Shown here piece after piece: positions 10,079 to 19,484 of a stretch of 64,000 bases of DNA. The notes under the pieces were generated by a model that was given only the letters and a program-made list of their open reading frames with translations, was not told the origin of the DNA and searched no databases. Positions within the stretch are counted from its first letter, which is position 1. Each line of letters starts with the position of its first letter. The stretch comes from an uncultured delta proteobacterium (lineage in GTDB: Bacteria; Desulfobacterota; Binatia; DP-6). The position numbers and the translations under genes are program-made. The stretch spans positions 352,001 to 416,000 of the forward strand of contig CAWFFN010000008.1 of assembly GCA_963815115.1 (NCBI GenBank), given 5' to 3'.

Positions 10079-12244
10079 ATGATCACGCGCAGCTTGCTTG
10101 CAGGCGTCCTGGTTCTCGCCGCGCTCACTCGCGGCGCGACGGCGCAGCTGGTTCCGCCGCCGCTGACCGCGACGTTGGTCAACTTCGACGAACTCTCCGC
10201 TCCGGAGGGCATCGACCAGCTCACCGGACCGGTCACGAGCGAAGAAGTCTCGAAGGGAGTGATCTTCGCCGGTTTCGGCCAGAACGGCGGCGCGCTGCTC
10301 GGCGCCGGCGAGGGGGCCGGCCTGCCCGAGGTCTCCGGCGCGAACTTCATCGTCTTCGTCAGTGCCTTCCCGATGCAGAACGGCGGACTTCCCCAGTCGC
10401 CGGAGACCCTCTCGTTCTACCCGCCGGTCACGTCCTTGCAGTTCGATACCGGTACGGCCGGCGTGGATTGCTCGGGCACGATGGCAGTCACCGTCCAGGG
10501 ATTCGCGCCGGGCGGCACGCCGGTCGGCTCGACCACGGTGACCATTCCGCCCGAGGGCATAACCGTCCAGGTCGCCTTCTCGGCGCCCGCCGAGCAGGCG
10601 CTCATCACAAGCACCCACAGCTGCGGGCCGCCGGGATTCCTCTTCCACGGGGTCGAGGTGTTCACCATCGACAACCTCGCCTTCACCCCGGTCGCATCGG
10701 CCCCAAGCTCCTGCGCGCAGCTCGCGACGGACGCCGCCGGGAAGAAGGCAAAGGCCGAGGCCGCCTGCTACGCCAAGGCGCTCCAGAAGGGCCTGCCGGT
10801 CGATGCGGCCTGCATCCAGAAGGCCGTCGATACCTTCAACAAGGGCTTCACCAAGGCGCAGGCGAAGGGTAACTGCCTGGCCCCCACGGACTCAGGCTCC
10901 GTGGAAAGTGCCGTCGACTCCATGCTCGCGGCCGCGATCCAGACGGTGACCAACGGCGCGCCGGGACCGGACGCGTGCTTCGCCAAGAAGCTCACCGCGA
11001 TCGGCAAGAAGGCGCAGGCGTTCGCGAAGTGCTTCTCGAAGGCGGCGAAGTCGGGCGTGCAGGTCGACGAGACGTGCGGCCAGAAGGCGGCCTCGTCCTT
11101 CAACGGCTCGCTCAAGGCCTGTGGCACGCCGACCCAGCTGGCGCCGATCGAAGGACAGATCGATGCCTTCGGCGTGGCGCTGTCGCGCTCGCTGACCGTC
11201 CCGCCCACCACCACGACCACGACGACGACGAGCACCACGACGACCACCCTGCCGCCTCCGCTCGGCCAGCATCTCTCGTTCACCACCACGGCAGGCACGG
11301 CCAACTGTGGCACCACCGGGTCGTTCGGCTCGCCGCCCGATCCGCCGTTCTCGGGTGAGCTCGACTCCGACCTCGTCGGCACCAAGATCGCCGATCTCGG
11401 GCTGGGCTGCCTCTACATCGGTGGCGGCATCGCGACGGTGAACCCGTCGCTCATTCCGGAGAATGCCACAACGGTCCTCGACAGCCCCGACGGCACGACG
11501 CTCGCGGGCAGCCTTGGCACCGGCCGGGCGGACTGCTCGGTGGCGCCGCAGGGCACCACCAAGCACTGCCAGAACAACCCGGCGGTCGAGTGCACCAGCG
11601 ACGGCGACTGCTTCGCGCCGGGCGCCTGCGCCCTCGATCCGACCTGCTACTTCGGGCCGCCGGTCCTCGTGAACGGCTTCCCCTCGAGCTGCGTGGTCAA
11701 CACCTTCGCGCAGGACGCGAGCGGGACGCTCAACCTGGCCACGGGCGAGTCGGCGGTCGACATCGAGCTCGCGTCGCTCGTCTACCTGACCCTGGGCAAG
11801 CCCTCGGTCTGCCCGATCTGCGATGGCGGCGTCTGCAACTACGGCGCCAACATCGGTCAGCCCTGCACGACCACCAACAGCACGCAGACGACGCTCGACT
11901 GTCTGCCGGATCCGGGCACCTTCGTGGCCACGCTGCCGGTGAGCCTCAATCCGCTGACCTCCTCCGTGGTGACGACCACCGCGGCGGATGGCCTCTTCTG
12001 CACCGGCGGCCCCGGCGGCGATCAGGTCGATCCGGGGGCCTTTGGCCAGGCGGCGACGCAGGCGATCACGCAGAACGGCTCGCCGGCCGGTGATCTGACC
12101 GACGGGGCACCCCACGCCGGCGTGCTCGTGAGCAACTTCTGCATCCCGCCGACGGGCAGCCTGGCCCTCGACGGGCTTGCCGATCTGCCGGGCCCGGGCT
12201 CGCTCAGCCTGCCCGGCAACGCGCAGTTCTTCGCCGTTCCATAG
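10079..12244 (+). CDS. Secreted Cys-rich modular protein, tandem paralog 2
   Basis: Colinear with paralog 1; identical C-terminal end LADLPGPGSLSLPGNAQFFAVP. Confidence 0.92.
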   Translation: MITRSLLAGVLVLAALTRGATAQLVPPPLTATLVNFDELSAPEGIDQLTGPVTSEEVSKGVIFAGFGQNGGALLGAGEGAGLPEVSGANFIVFVSAFPMQNGGLPQSPETLSFYPPVTSLQFDTGTAGVDCSGTMAVTVQGFAPGGTPVGSTTVTIPPEGITVQVAFSAPAEQALITSTHSCGPPGFLFHGVEVFTIDNLAFTPVASAPSSCAQLATDAAGKKAKAEAACYAKALQKGLPVDAACIQKAVDTFNKGFTKAQAKGNCLAPTDSGSVESAVDSMLAAAIQTVTNGAPGPDACFAKKLTAIGKKAQAFAKCFSKAAKSGVQVDETCGQKAASSFNGSLKACGTPTQLAPIEGQIDAFGVALSRSLTVPPTTTTTTTTSTTTTTLPPPLGQHLSFTTTAGTANCGTTGSFGSPPDPPFSGELDSDLVGTKIADLGLGCLYIGGGIATVNPSLIPENATTVLDSPDGTTLAGSLGTGRADCSVAPQGTTKHCQNNPAVECTSDGDCFAPGACALDPTCYFGPPVLVNGFPSSCVVNTFAQDASGTLNLATGESAVDIELASLVYLTLGKPSVCPICDGGVCNYGANIGQPCTTTNSTQTTLDCLPDPGTFVATLPVSLNPLTSSVVTTTAADGLFCTGGPGGDQVDPGAFGQAATQAITQNGSPAGDLTDGAPHAGVLVSNFCIPPTGSLALDGLADLPGPGSLSLPGNAQFFAVP

Positions 12245-12261
12245 CATCACATAGTACGAAC

Positions 12262-12294
12262 TCCCGGCGCCGGCCCTCCTGGCCGGCGCCGGGA
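12262..12294. repeat. Intergenic GC hairpin, copy 2 (followed by T-run; possible terminator)
   Basis: TCCCGGCGCCGGCC ctcct GGCCGGCGCCGGGA then CTCTTTTT. Confidence 0.85.
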
Positions 12295-12316
12295 CTCTTT
12301 TTGAAGGAGTTCTCTT

Positions 12317-14497
12317 GTGTTGAAACACGGAATTCTGGCCGGCGTTCTGGTGCTCGCCGCCCTGGCCCCCAAGGCACCCGCAGCCGTCGTCCCACCGCCG
12401 ATCACTTCTCCCTTCATCAACTTCGACGACATCCCCGGCGCGACAGACATCCTCTCGGTCCCCGGGCCGCTCACGACCGAGTACGCCTCCCGGGGCGTGA
12501 TCTTCTCCGGCTTCCCTGCCCAGAACGGCGGCGGCATCCTCGGCACCGGTGGGTTTGCCCCCCTGCCGGAGATCTCCCCGCCGAACTTCATCATCTTCCT
12601 GAGCGCCTTCCCGATGCAGAACGGCGGACTCGAGCAGACGCCGGAAACCCTGTCGTTCTACCCCCCGGTCACCGCGGTGCAGTTCGACATCGGGACCCTG
12701 GGTTTCATCTGCGCGGACGGGGACGTACCGACGACCAGTGTGGTGACCGCCCAGGGCTTCGGCGCAGGCGGCGTACCCGTTGGTAGCGTCACCCAGCCCG
12801 CGGTCATCGAGGGTTCGACGATCCTCCTCAACTTCTCGACCCCCGCCGAGCAGGTGCTCATCACCAGCACCCACACCTGCGGGCCCGCAGGATCGCTCTT
12901 CCACGGCGTCGAGCTCTTCACCATCGACAACCTCTCCTTCACGCCGGTCGCGGCGGCTGCGAGCAAGTGCGCCCAGAGTCAGATAGACGCCGCCGGCAAG
13001 AAGGCGAAGGCCGAAGCGGCCTGCTACGCCAAGGCCCTCCAGAAGGGCTTGCCGGTCGATGCGACCTGCATCCAGAAGGCCGTCGACGCCTTCAACAAGG
13101 GCTTCACCAAGGCCCAGGCGAAGGGCGACTGCCTGACCCCCGACACGGACGCGGCCTCGGTGGAGGCTGCCGTCGACTCCATGATCGCGTCCACCATCCA
13201 GACCGTCACCAATGGCGCACCGGGGCCGGACGCCTGCTTCGCCAAGAAGCTCACCGCGATCGGCAAGAAGGCGCAGGCCTTCGCGAACTGCTTCTCGAAG
13301 TCGGCCAAGTCGGGCGTGCAGCCCGATCCGACGTGTGGCCAGAAGGCGGCGTCGTCGTTCAACGGCTCGCTCAAGGCGTGCGGCACACCGACACAGCTGG
13401 GCCCGCTCGAAGGACAGATCGATTCCTTCGGCGTGGCGCTGTCACGCTCGGTGACCGTGCCGACGACCTCGACCACCACCACAACCACCAGCACCACCAC
13501 GACCACCCTGCCGCCGCCGCTCGGCCAGCATCTCTCATTCACCACCACGGCGGGGACGACCACCTGCGCGATTTCCGTGACGGGTGACCCGACGACGTCG
13601 ACGCCGCTCCCGCCGTTCTCGGGCGAGCTCGACTCCGACACCGTCGGCACCAAGATCACCGACCTCGGGCTCGGCTGCCTCTACATCGGCGGCGGTGCTG
13701 CGACGGTAGCTCCGTCGCTTATTCCGGAGAATGCCACCACGGTCCTCGATAGCCCCGACGGCACCACGCTCGCGGGCAGCCTGGGGACGGGCCGGGCGGA
13801 CTGCTCCGTCGGACCGCAGGGTTCGACCAAGCACTGCATCAACAACCCGGGCTTCGAGTGCACCACCGACGGCGATTGCTTCGCCCCGGGCGCCTGCCAG
13901 CTCGACCCGACCTGCTACTTCGGACCGCCGGTTCTCGTGAACGGCTTCCCCTCGAGCTGCGTGGTCAACGCCTTCGCGCAGAGTGCGAGCGGGACGCTCA
14001 ACACGGCCACGGGCGAGTCGACGGTCGACATCGAGCTCTCGTCGTTCGTGTACCTGACCCTCGGCAAGGCCACCGTCTGCCCGATCTGCGACGGCGGATT
14101 CTGCAACTACGGCGCCAACGTCGGTCAGGCCTGCACGACCACCAACAGCACGCAGACGACACTCGACTGCATGCCGGATCCGGGGACCTTCGTGGCCACC
14201 CTCCCGATCAGCCTCAATCCGCTGACCTCGTCCACGATCACGGCGACGGCGGCGGACGGGCTCTTCTGCACGGCGCAGGGACACGCGGGGGCCTTCGGCC
14301 AGGCGGCAACGCAGGCGATCACCCAGAACGGATTGCCGGCGGGTGACCTGACCGACGGGGCACCCCACCCCGGGGTGCTCGTGAGCAACTTCTGCATCCC
14401 GCCGACCGGCAGCCTGGCGCTCGATGGGATCGCCGATCTGCCGGGCCCGGGCTCGCTCAGCCTGCCCGGCAACGCGCAGTTCTTTGCCATTCCGTAA
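12317..14497 (+). CDS. Secreted Cys-rich modular protein, tandem paralog 3
   Basis: Colinear with paralogs 1 and 2; AAGGAG RBS; GTG/TTG start. Confidence 0.92.
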   Translation: MLKHGILAGVLVLAALAPKAPAAVVPPPITSPFINFDDIPGATDILSVPGPLTTEYASRGVIFSGFPAQNGGGILGTGGFAPLPEISPPNFIIFLSAFPMQNGGLEQTPETLSFYPPVTAVQFDIGTLGFICADGDVPTTSVVTAQGFGAGGVPVGSVTQPAVIEGSTILLNFSTPAEQVLITSTHTCGPAGSLFHGVELFTIDNLSFTPVAAAASKCAQSQIDAAGKKAKAEAACYAKALQKGLPVDATCIQKAVDAFNKGFTKAQAKGDCLTPDTDAASVEAAVDSMIASTIQTVTNGAPGPDACFAKKLTAIGKKAQAFANCFSKSAKSGVQPDPTCGQKAASSFNGSLKACGTPTQLGPLEGQIDSFGVALSRSVTVPTTSTTTTTTSTTTTTLPPPLGQHLSFTTTAGTTTCAISVTGDPTTSTPLPPFSGELDSDTVGTKITDLGLGCLYIGGGAATVAPSLIPENATTVLDSPDGTTLAGSLGTGRADCSVGPQGSTKHCINNPGFECTTDGDCFAPGACQLDPTCYFGPPVLVNGFPSSCVVNAFAQSASGTLNTATGESTVDIELSSFVYLTLGKATVCPICDGGFCNYGANVGQACTTTNSTQTTLDCMPDPGTFVATLPISLNPLTSSTITATAADGLFCTAQGHAGAFGQAATQAITQNGLPAGDLTDGAPHPGVLVSNFCIPPTGSLALDGIADLPGPGSLSLPGNAQFFAIP

Positions 14498-14514
14498 CTT
14501 CGAGTAGTACGAGC

Positions 14515-14547
14515 TCCTGGCGCCGGCTCTCCTGGCCGGCGCCGGGA
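14515..14547. repeat. Intergenic GC hairpin, copy 3
   Basis: TCCTGGCGCCGGC...GCCGGCGCCGGGA, same motif as after paralogs 1 and 2. Confidence 0.85.
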
Positions 14548-14763
14548 CCCTTCCTCACCGCCGCGTCTGTGCAGCCTGAAACGGGTGCCGGTACCCCTCC
14601 CAAGAGCACCGAAGCCCGCCAGTAGTGGTGGAGGAAAGGGGGCGGGGTAGCGGCCGCTTCGAGATCGAGGCGGCCGCTACTGCCCCGTCTTCGAGTTGGT
14701 GTACGGCGTGCTCGTGGCGCATCCGCGGTTGCGCGCGGACCACGGAGCCCCTACCTACCTCTC

Positions 14764-15285
14764 ATGCGCCGGCTCTGCGTGGCGTTCGGGATCGCCGTGG
14801 CGCTCGCGAGCGGCGCGCGCGCCGAGTTCGTCGCCCACGCGAAGGACTTCAAGTGTCTGAAGGCGTTCACACCCATCCCGGGAAAGAGCTTCGTGGTCTA
14901 CAACCGCAACCCGAGCAGGCTGCTGCGGGCGGTCCGCATCGCCACGGAAGATCTCGAGCACAGGAAGTATCCCATCGGGACCATCATCCAGGTCTTCCCC
15001 TTCGAGGCGATGGTGAAGCGCGGTGGCGGCTTCAATCCCTCGGGGGGCGGATGGGAGTTCTTCAACCTGAAGGTGACGCCGGATGGAACGCGGATCGTGG
15101 GCCGCACCCAGAACGAGAAGGACGGGAAGCCGCTGCGGAACTTCTTCGGCGCGTGTCAGGACTTTCGCTGCCACGGCGCCAACCAGGTGCGGCCGTACGA
15201 TCGTATCTGCGAGGGCCATCTGCCCCCCCTCTCGCTCACCGAGGCCGAGTTCGAGGCGCTCCGCGCCGATCCGCGCTGTCCCTAG
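14764..15285 (+). CDS. Secreted cytochrome P460/c'-beta-like protein with CX4CH motif
   Basis: Signal peptide; YPIGTII, AMVKR, GGWEF, C-terminal CQDFRCH. Confidence 0.6.
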   Translation: MRRLCVAFGIAVALASGARAEFVAHAKDFKCLKAFTPIPGKSFVVYNRNPSRLLRAVRIATEDLEHRKYPIGTIIQVFPFEAMVKRGGGFNPSGGGWEFFNLKVTPDGTRIVGRTQNEKDGKPLRNFFGACQDFRCHGANQVRPYDRICEGHLPPLSLTEAEFEALRADPRCP

Positions 15286-15369
15286 ACCGCGCCGCCGACC
15301 GTCCAGAACTGCGCTGCGACCCGCTGCTCGAGAGCTGAAGGAATCTCCAAGCCAAAAGGAGGACTGTCC

Positions 15370-15879
15370 ATGAACCGAACACGCCGTACGGTTGGATTCG
15401 TAGCCTTGGGCTTCATCGCGGCCACGCCGGCAGCGGCGGGAATCGCGGACAGCCCCGTGCCTCTGTTGATGGGGCAGAAGGCACAGGTTCTCTACTCGCT
15501 GACGGGGGTCATCAACGCGGGCAGTCTGGGCACGTACGTCTCCTGCACCTCCACGGCAAAGACGCCGAGCATCGTCGCCGTCGAGGTATTCCAGAATTCG
15601 GGCGGTGCGGCGTTCAATGACGCCTCGGCGACATCGTTGAGCGTTGCCCCTGGCGCTACCGTGATCTTCGGGACTGAAAACGCGGCGGGGTTTGCTGAGG
15701 ATTCATTCCTCTTCGACCCCCTCTCGCCGCCCGCAATCACCAAGGGCTCGGCCCGCATCCTGTCCACGTCCAAGTCCCTCATCTGTGATGCCTTCGTGTC
15801 GGATGCCGTGAACACGCCTCCGCTGTCGATGAGGTACCTCACGATCATCGCGAAGACGAAGCAGAAGGCGGCGAACTGA
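15370..15879 (+). CDS. Secreted hypothetical protein
   Basis: AAGGAGG RBS, signal peptide, beta-rich with two Cys. Confidence 0.8.
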   Translation: MNRTRRTVGFVALGFIAATPAAAGIADSPVPLLMGQKAQVLYSLTGVINAGSLGTYVSCTSTAKTPSIVAVEVFQNSGGAAFNDASATSLSVAPGATVIFGTENAAGFAEDSFLFDPLSPPAITKGSARILSTSKSLICDAFVSDAVNTPPLSMRYLTIIAKTKQKAAN

Positions 15880-15981
15880 TCACGCCGCACGTGCCGGACG
15901 GGACCGTCCGGCGCCAGCTCCTCCGGAACGTAGCCACGCGAGAGATCGCCCTCGCGTCCTCCTCGTACGCAGTTGGCGTGC

Positions 15982-17256
15982 TCAGGGTCGCACCGTGAAC
16001 GTCCCCGGCAGCGTCACCGCGCCCGGCCCCGGCAGGTCGGCCGCGAAGTTCACCAGCCCGTTCGACGTGCTCGCGATGCAGAAGATGGCCGCGAGCCGCG
16101 CGGATGCTGGCGTCCCGATCATGATCGGCCCGGCCGCGGCCCCCGTCTCCTGAATCCCGCGGCAGGCTGGAACCCCGAAGCAACCCGGCGTCCCCGGCGT
16201 GCCGCCCTGGTGCGGGCAGAAGTTCCCGTCGAGGGTTGTCATGGAGACGGCGCCCGTCGAGAGCGGCGTCAGATTCACTCCGATGATGCCGACGTGCGCG
16301 CCATCGATGCAGCTGTCATGTCCCTGCGTTCCGGCCTGGCAGTCCTTCGGCGGCGCCCCGGCGCCTCCGCTGAGGCAGTCCCTGGTCAGCCCATTCGAGT
16401 TGGCCGACGCGCAGGCCATCCCCGCTCGAGGGCCACGGTCGCACGCGCCAGTCACGCAGCGTGGACACGGCTGGCCGGCGTTTCCGGTGATGTAGATATC
16501 CGAGCTCAGCGGGACCGAGGTGCTCGAGGTGCCGTCGTCCAGGTTCACGGACCCGGTCGCATCCGTGGCCCAGGTGTTCAGCACGCATGTCGTCAGGTTC
16601 GGCAGGGCCGGGTTCGGAATCGGCAGCGGCGTTCCGAAATTGCAGCCCGTCACCGTGCAATCAGGGTCGGCGCTGACCGGCGCGGGCGGGGTCGGATAGG
16701 GCGAGATGGAGCAGACCCCGCCGCTCGGCTGCGCGCAGCTGAGCTCGAACCGGCTCGTCGAACCGTCCGGCGTCGGTCCTTCGGCGACGGTCGACGCCCC
16801 GCCCCCGATGTTCAGCCCGCCGCAGGTCAGGTCCTTGAGCGGCGCCCCATTCGCGTCCTGGACCTCGCCGCACTTCTCACCCGGCAGGCCGTTCGTGAAG
16901 TCCATGACGTAGTGCTGGCACCCAGCCTCGGGGCAGATCGTGGGCGGCATCATGGGCGGGGTGATGGTCGGGCCCATGGAAGTCGTGGTCGTGGTCGTCG
17001 TCGTGGTGGTCGTCACGCACACGGTGCTCCCGTGACGACACTTCCGAATGAGCACGGCGCGGCGGCACTTTGCCTTGACCTTCGCGCGGCCGTTCTTCCT
17101 GATGACGATGCACTCGGACGGCGCCGTGCGATCGAGGAGCTCGAGAAAGGCCGCGCAGTTCGCGCGGCATTGCGCCTTCGACAGGGGGGCGGCATGCGCG
17201 GGAACGGCCAGGGACAGGGCCAGCAGCAGAGCGAGCAGCGCGAGAAGGCGTGTCAT
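15982..17256 (-). CDS. Secreted protein sharing the poly-Thr linker and C-terminal ADLPGPG domain with the tandem paralogs
   Basis: CGGLNIGGG, FGTPLPI, TCVLNT, CPRC, AADLPGPGAVTLPG. Confidence 0.85.
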   Translation of the reverse strand: MTRLLALLALLLALSLAVPAHAAPLSKAQCRANCAAFLELLDRTAPSECIVIRKNGRAKVKAKCRRAVLIRKCRHGSTVCVTTTTTTTTTTTSMGPTITPPMMPPTICPEAGCQHYVMDFTNGLPGEKCGEVQDANGAPLKDLTCGGLNIGGGASTVAEGPTPDGSTSRFELSCAQPSGGVCSISPYPTPPAPVSADPDCTVTGCNFGTPLPIPNPALPNLTTCVLNTWATDATGSVNLDDGTSSTSVPLSSDIYITGNAGQPCPRCVTGACDRGPRAGMACASANSNGLTRDCLSGGAGAPPKDCQAGTQGHDSCIDGAHVGIIGVNLTPLSTGAVSMTTLDGNFCPHQGGTPGTPGCFGVPACRGIQETGAAAGPIMIGTPASARLAAIFCIASTSNGLVNFAADLPGPGAVTLPGTFTVRP

Positions 17257-17720
17257 GGTAATCCCCCTTCACCGAGTCTCGTCGAGCAGGAACGCCGAGT
17301 GGCTTTCCTCCATGTCGAGGTGCAGCGTCTGGAGATTCGGGAACATGTTCTCATACTGGAGAGCCGTATCCCAGCCATCAACGATATTCGCGCTGGTTAG
17401 GTTCACAGATTGCACCCTAGGGAAGATCAGATCGCGTCTGGGGGCGCATCCGCCGCGAAGTGCCAGCAGGGTGTGAAGAACGCGCGATCGTCTCGACTTC
17501 TGCACGCCGCGGATCTACAACGGCGTGCAGGAGGGCGGGCCACACGGCCCGGACCGAGCATGCTCGGAGAGCTATCGAGAGGCGTATGGCGTCCGACGAC
17601 GCGCCGTGGGTCACCGGCACGGTCCTGCGCGTCGACCGCGGCGCGGGTATGGAGCCACGGCGGACGCCGGTGGCCTCCACCACTCGCCGCGGAGACGCAT
17701 GATGTCGCGCGGAGGAGCGG

Positions 17721-18149
17721 ATGAACCCGACGACGCCTGAGGACCGACCGGCCGACACCTCGGCGCGGCACGCCAACGAGGCCGCGATCCGGAGGTACTG
17801 CGAGGCGTGGCGTCAGGGCGACCTCGCCACGATCCTCGACTGCTACCACGACGACTTCGTCCTCCACTACTTCGGCCGCAGTTCGCTCGCCGGCACGCAC
17901 CGGGGCAAGGCGGCCGCCCTCGCAGCGCTCGCCCGAGTTCAGCAGCTGACCAATCGTCAGCTGCTCGAGATCCACGACGTCCTCGTCGGCGACGACCACG
18001 CAGCCATCCTGGCGCGCGAGCGGTTCGAGCGCGACGGGCAGCAGCTCGAGGCCAGGCGGGTGCTGGTCTACCACATCCGCGACGGCAAGCTGGCGGAGAG
18101 CTGGATATACGACGAGGACCAGCGGGCCGTCGACGAGTTCTGGTCGTGA
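17721..18149 (+). CDS. SnoaL-like/NTF2 family protein
   Basis: [36 protein letters not shown]. Confidence 0.85.
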   Translation: MNPTTPEDRPADTSARHANEAAIRRYCEAWRQGDLATILDCYHDDFVLHYFGRSSLAGTHRGKAAALAALARVQQLTNRQLLEIHDVLVGDDHAAILARERFERDGQQLEARRVLVYHIRDGKLAESWIYDEDQRAVDEFWS

Positions 18150-18225
18150 CCGCGGACGCCGCGGGCCGCGCAGCCAGGTGACCGATGTCCCGGCGGCCGA
18201 CGCCATCGACCATGGGAGGATCGCA

Positions 18226-18954
18226 ATGAAGAGCAATGTCACCCAGATCGCCCCCCACCTCTATCGCATCTCGACGTTCCACCCCGACTTCGGCCTGCAG
18301 TTCAACCAGTTCCTCGTCGACGACGACGAGCCCTTCCTGATGCACACCGCCCTCCGGAAGATGTTCCCGGTCACCCTCGCGGGCGTGTCCTCCGTACTCG
18401 ACCCGTCCAAGGTGCGCTGGATCGGATTCAGCCACTTCGAGTCCGACGAGTGCGGCGCCCTGAACGAGTGGCTGCGCGTGGCACCCCGCGCCCAGGCGGC
18501 GTGCAGCTTCGTCGGCGCGAACGTGATGGTGAACGACTTCGCCGACCGTCCCGCGCGCCCGCTCGCCGACAACGAGGTGCTGGAGATCGGCCGCCACCGC
18601 ATGCGATTTCTCTCGACTCCGCACGTTCCGCACTGCTGGGATGCCGGCATGTTCTTCGAGGCAGTGGATGGCACGCTGCTGTGCTCGGACCTCTTCTTCC
18701 ACCCGGGCGACGTAGAGGCCCTGACCGAAGCCGACATCGTCCCGCGCGCGCGCGAAGCCATCGTGAAGGGTCAGGCCGGTCCGATGGCGAAGGACATGCC
18801 CTATACCCCGTACACCGACGGCACGCTGCGCAGGCTCGCGGCGTTGACACCGCGCACGATCGCGCTGATGCACGGCTCGACGTTCCGCGGAGACGGCGAG
18901 CGAGCGCTGCTCGATCTGGCTGCGGTGATCCGGGAGACGCTCGGCGCGCCGTAG
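18226..18954 (+). CDS. Metallo-beta-lactamase fold protein (flavodiiron-like domain)
   Basis: [31 protein letters not shown]. Confidence 0.88.
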   Translation: MKSNVTQIAPHLYRISTFHPDFGLQFNQFLVDDDEPFLMHTALRKMFPVTLAGVSSVLDPSKVRWIGFSHFESDECGALNEWLRVAPRAQAACSFVGANVMVNDFADRPARPLADNEVLEIGRHRMRFLSTPHVPHCWDAGMFFEAVDGTLLCSDLFFHPGDVEALTEADIVPRAREAIVKGQAGPMAKDMPYTPYTDGTLRRLAALTPRTIALMHGSTFRGDGERALLDLAAVIRETLGAP

Positions 18955-19116
18955 GTACCCAAGCGGATTGAGGACCGGCGACGCCGCACCCGTTCGGCGC
19001 GTCTCCGCGCGCGAAATCGAGGTACGTGAAGGAGGTTCACGAGCTCTACTGAGGCCTCCCCTTCCTCGAGATGGCCGCTCCGGGCTAGGTTTGCGCATGA
19101 GGGTGTCACGCGCCCT

Positions 19117-19294
19117 GCGCTCGATGGTCCTGGCCTTACCCCTCGTCGGGACGCGCGGCCTCCAGGACTCGTTCGCGGTGGTGCCCGGCATTCGCCAGGT
19201 GAGCAAAGCCCGCCTGCACGAGCTCGTCGATCAGACCTCGCAGGCCGTCGTTGAGCGACTCACCATCGCACTCGAGATCTATCTCGGCGACTGA
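19117..19294 (+). pseudogene. C-terminal remnant of a PemK/MazF-like toxin
   Basis: GLQDSFAVVPGIRQVSKARLHELVDQTSQAVVERLTIALEIYL resembles the MazF C-terminal half; no N-terminal RP motif. Confidence 0.45.
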
Positions 19295-19484
19295 CCCGAG
19301 GGGGGTCAATCCGCCGGAGCGCCGGTGGGCGGCTCGGCCGCGCCGCGCCGGCTGATCCGGTTGCCCTCCGAGCCGTCGGCGAGGCAGTGCCGGGTCGCGC
19401 TTCCCTGCGCTCGACGCATGACCCCGGTTGCGCTAGGCAGACGGACCCGGCCCGACGGCCCCAGGGCGCGGGCGGTCGATCCCG

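Noticed and set aside
7837-14547. Diversity-generating retroelement or shufflon explanation for the paralog array
   Set aside because: No reverse transcriptase or adjacent invertase, no adenine-specific TR/VR pair, and all copies are full length in one orientation
18163-18173. GGGCCGCGCAG matching the start of the att repeat
   Set aside because: Only 11 GC-rich bases, no core or arm doublet nearby; likely chance
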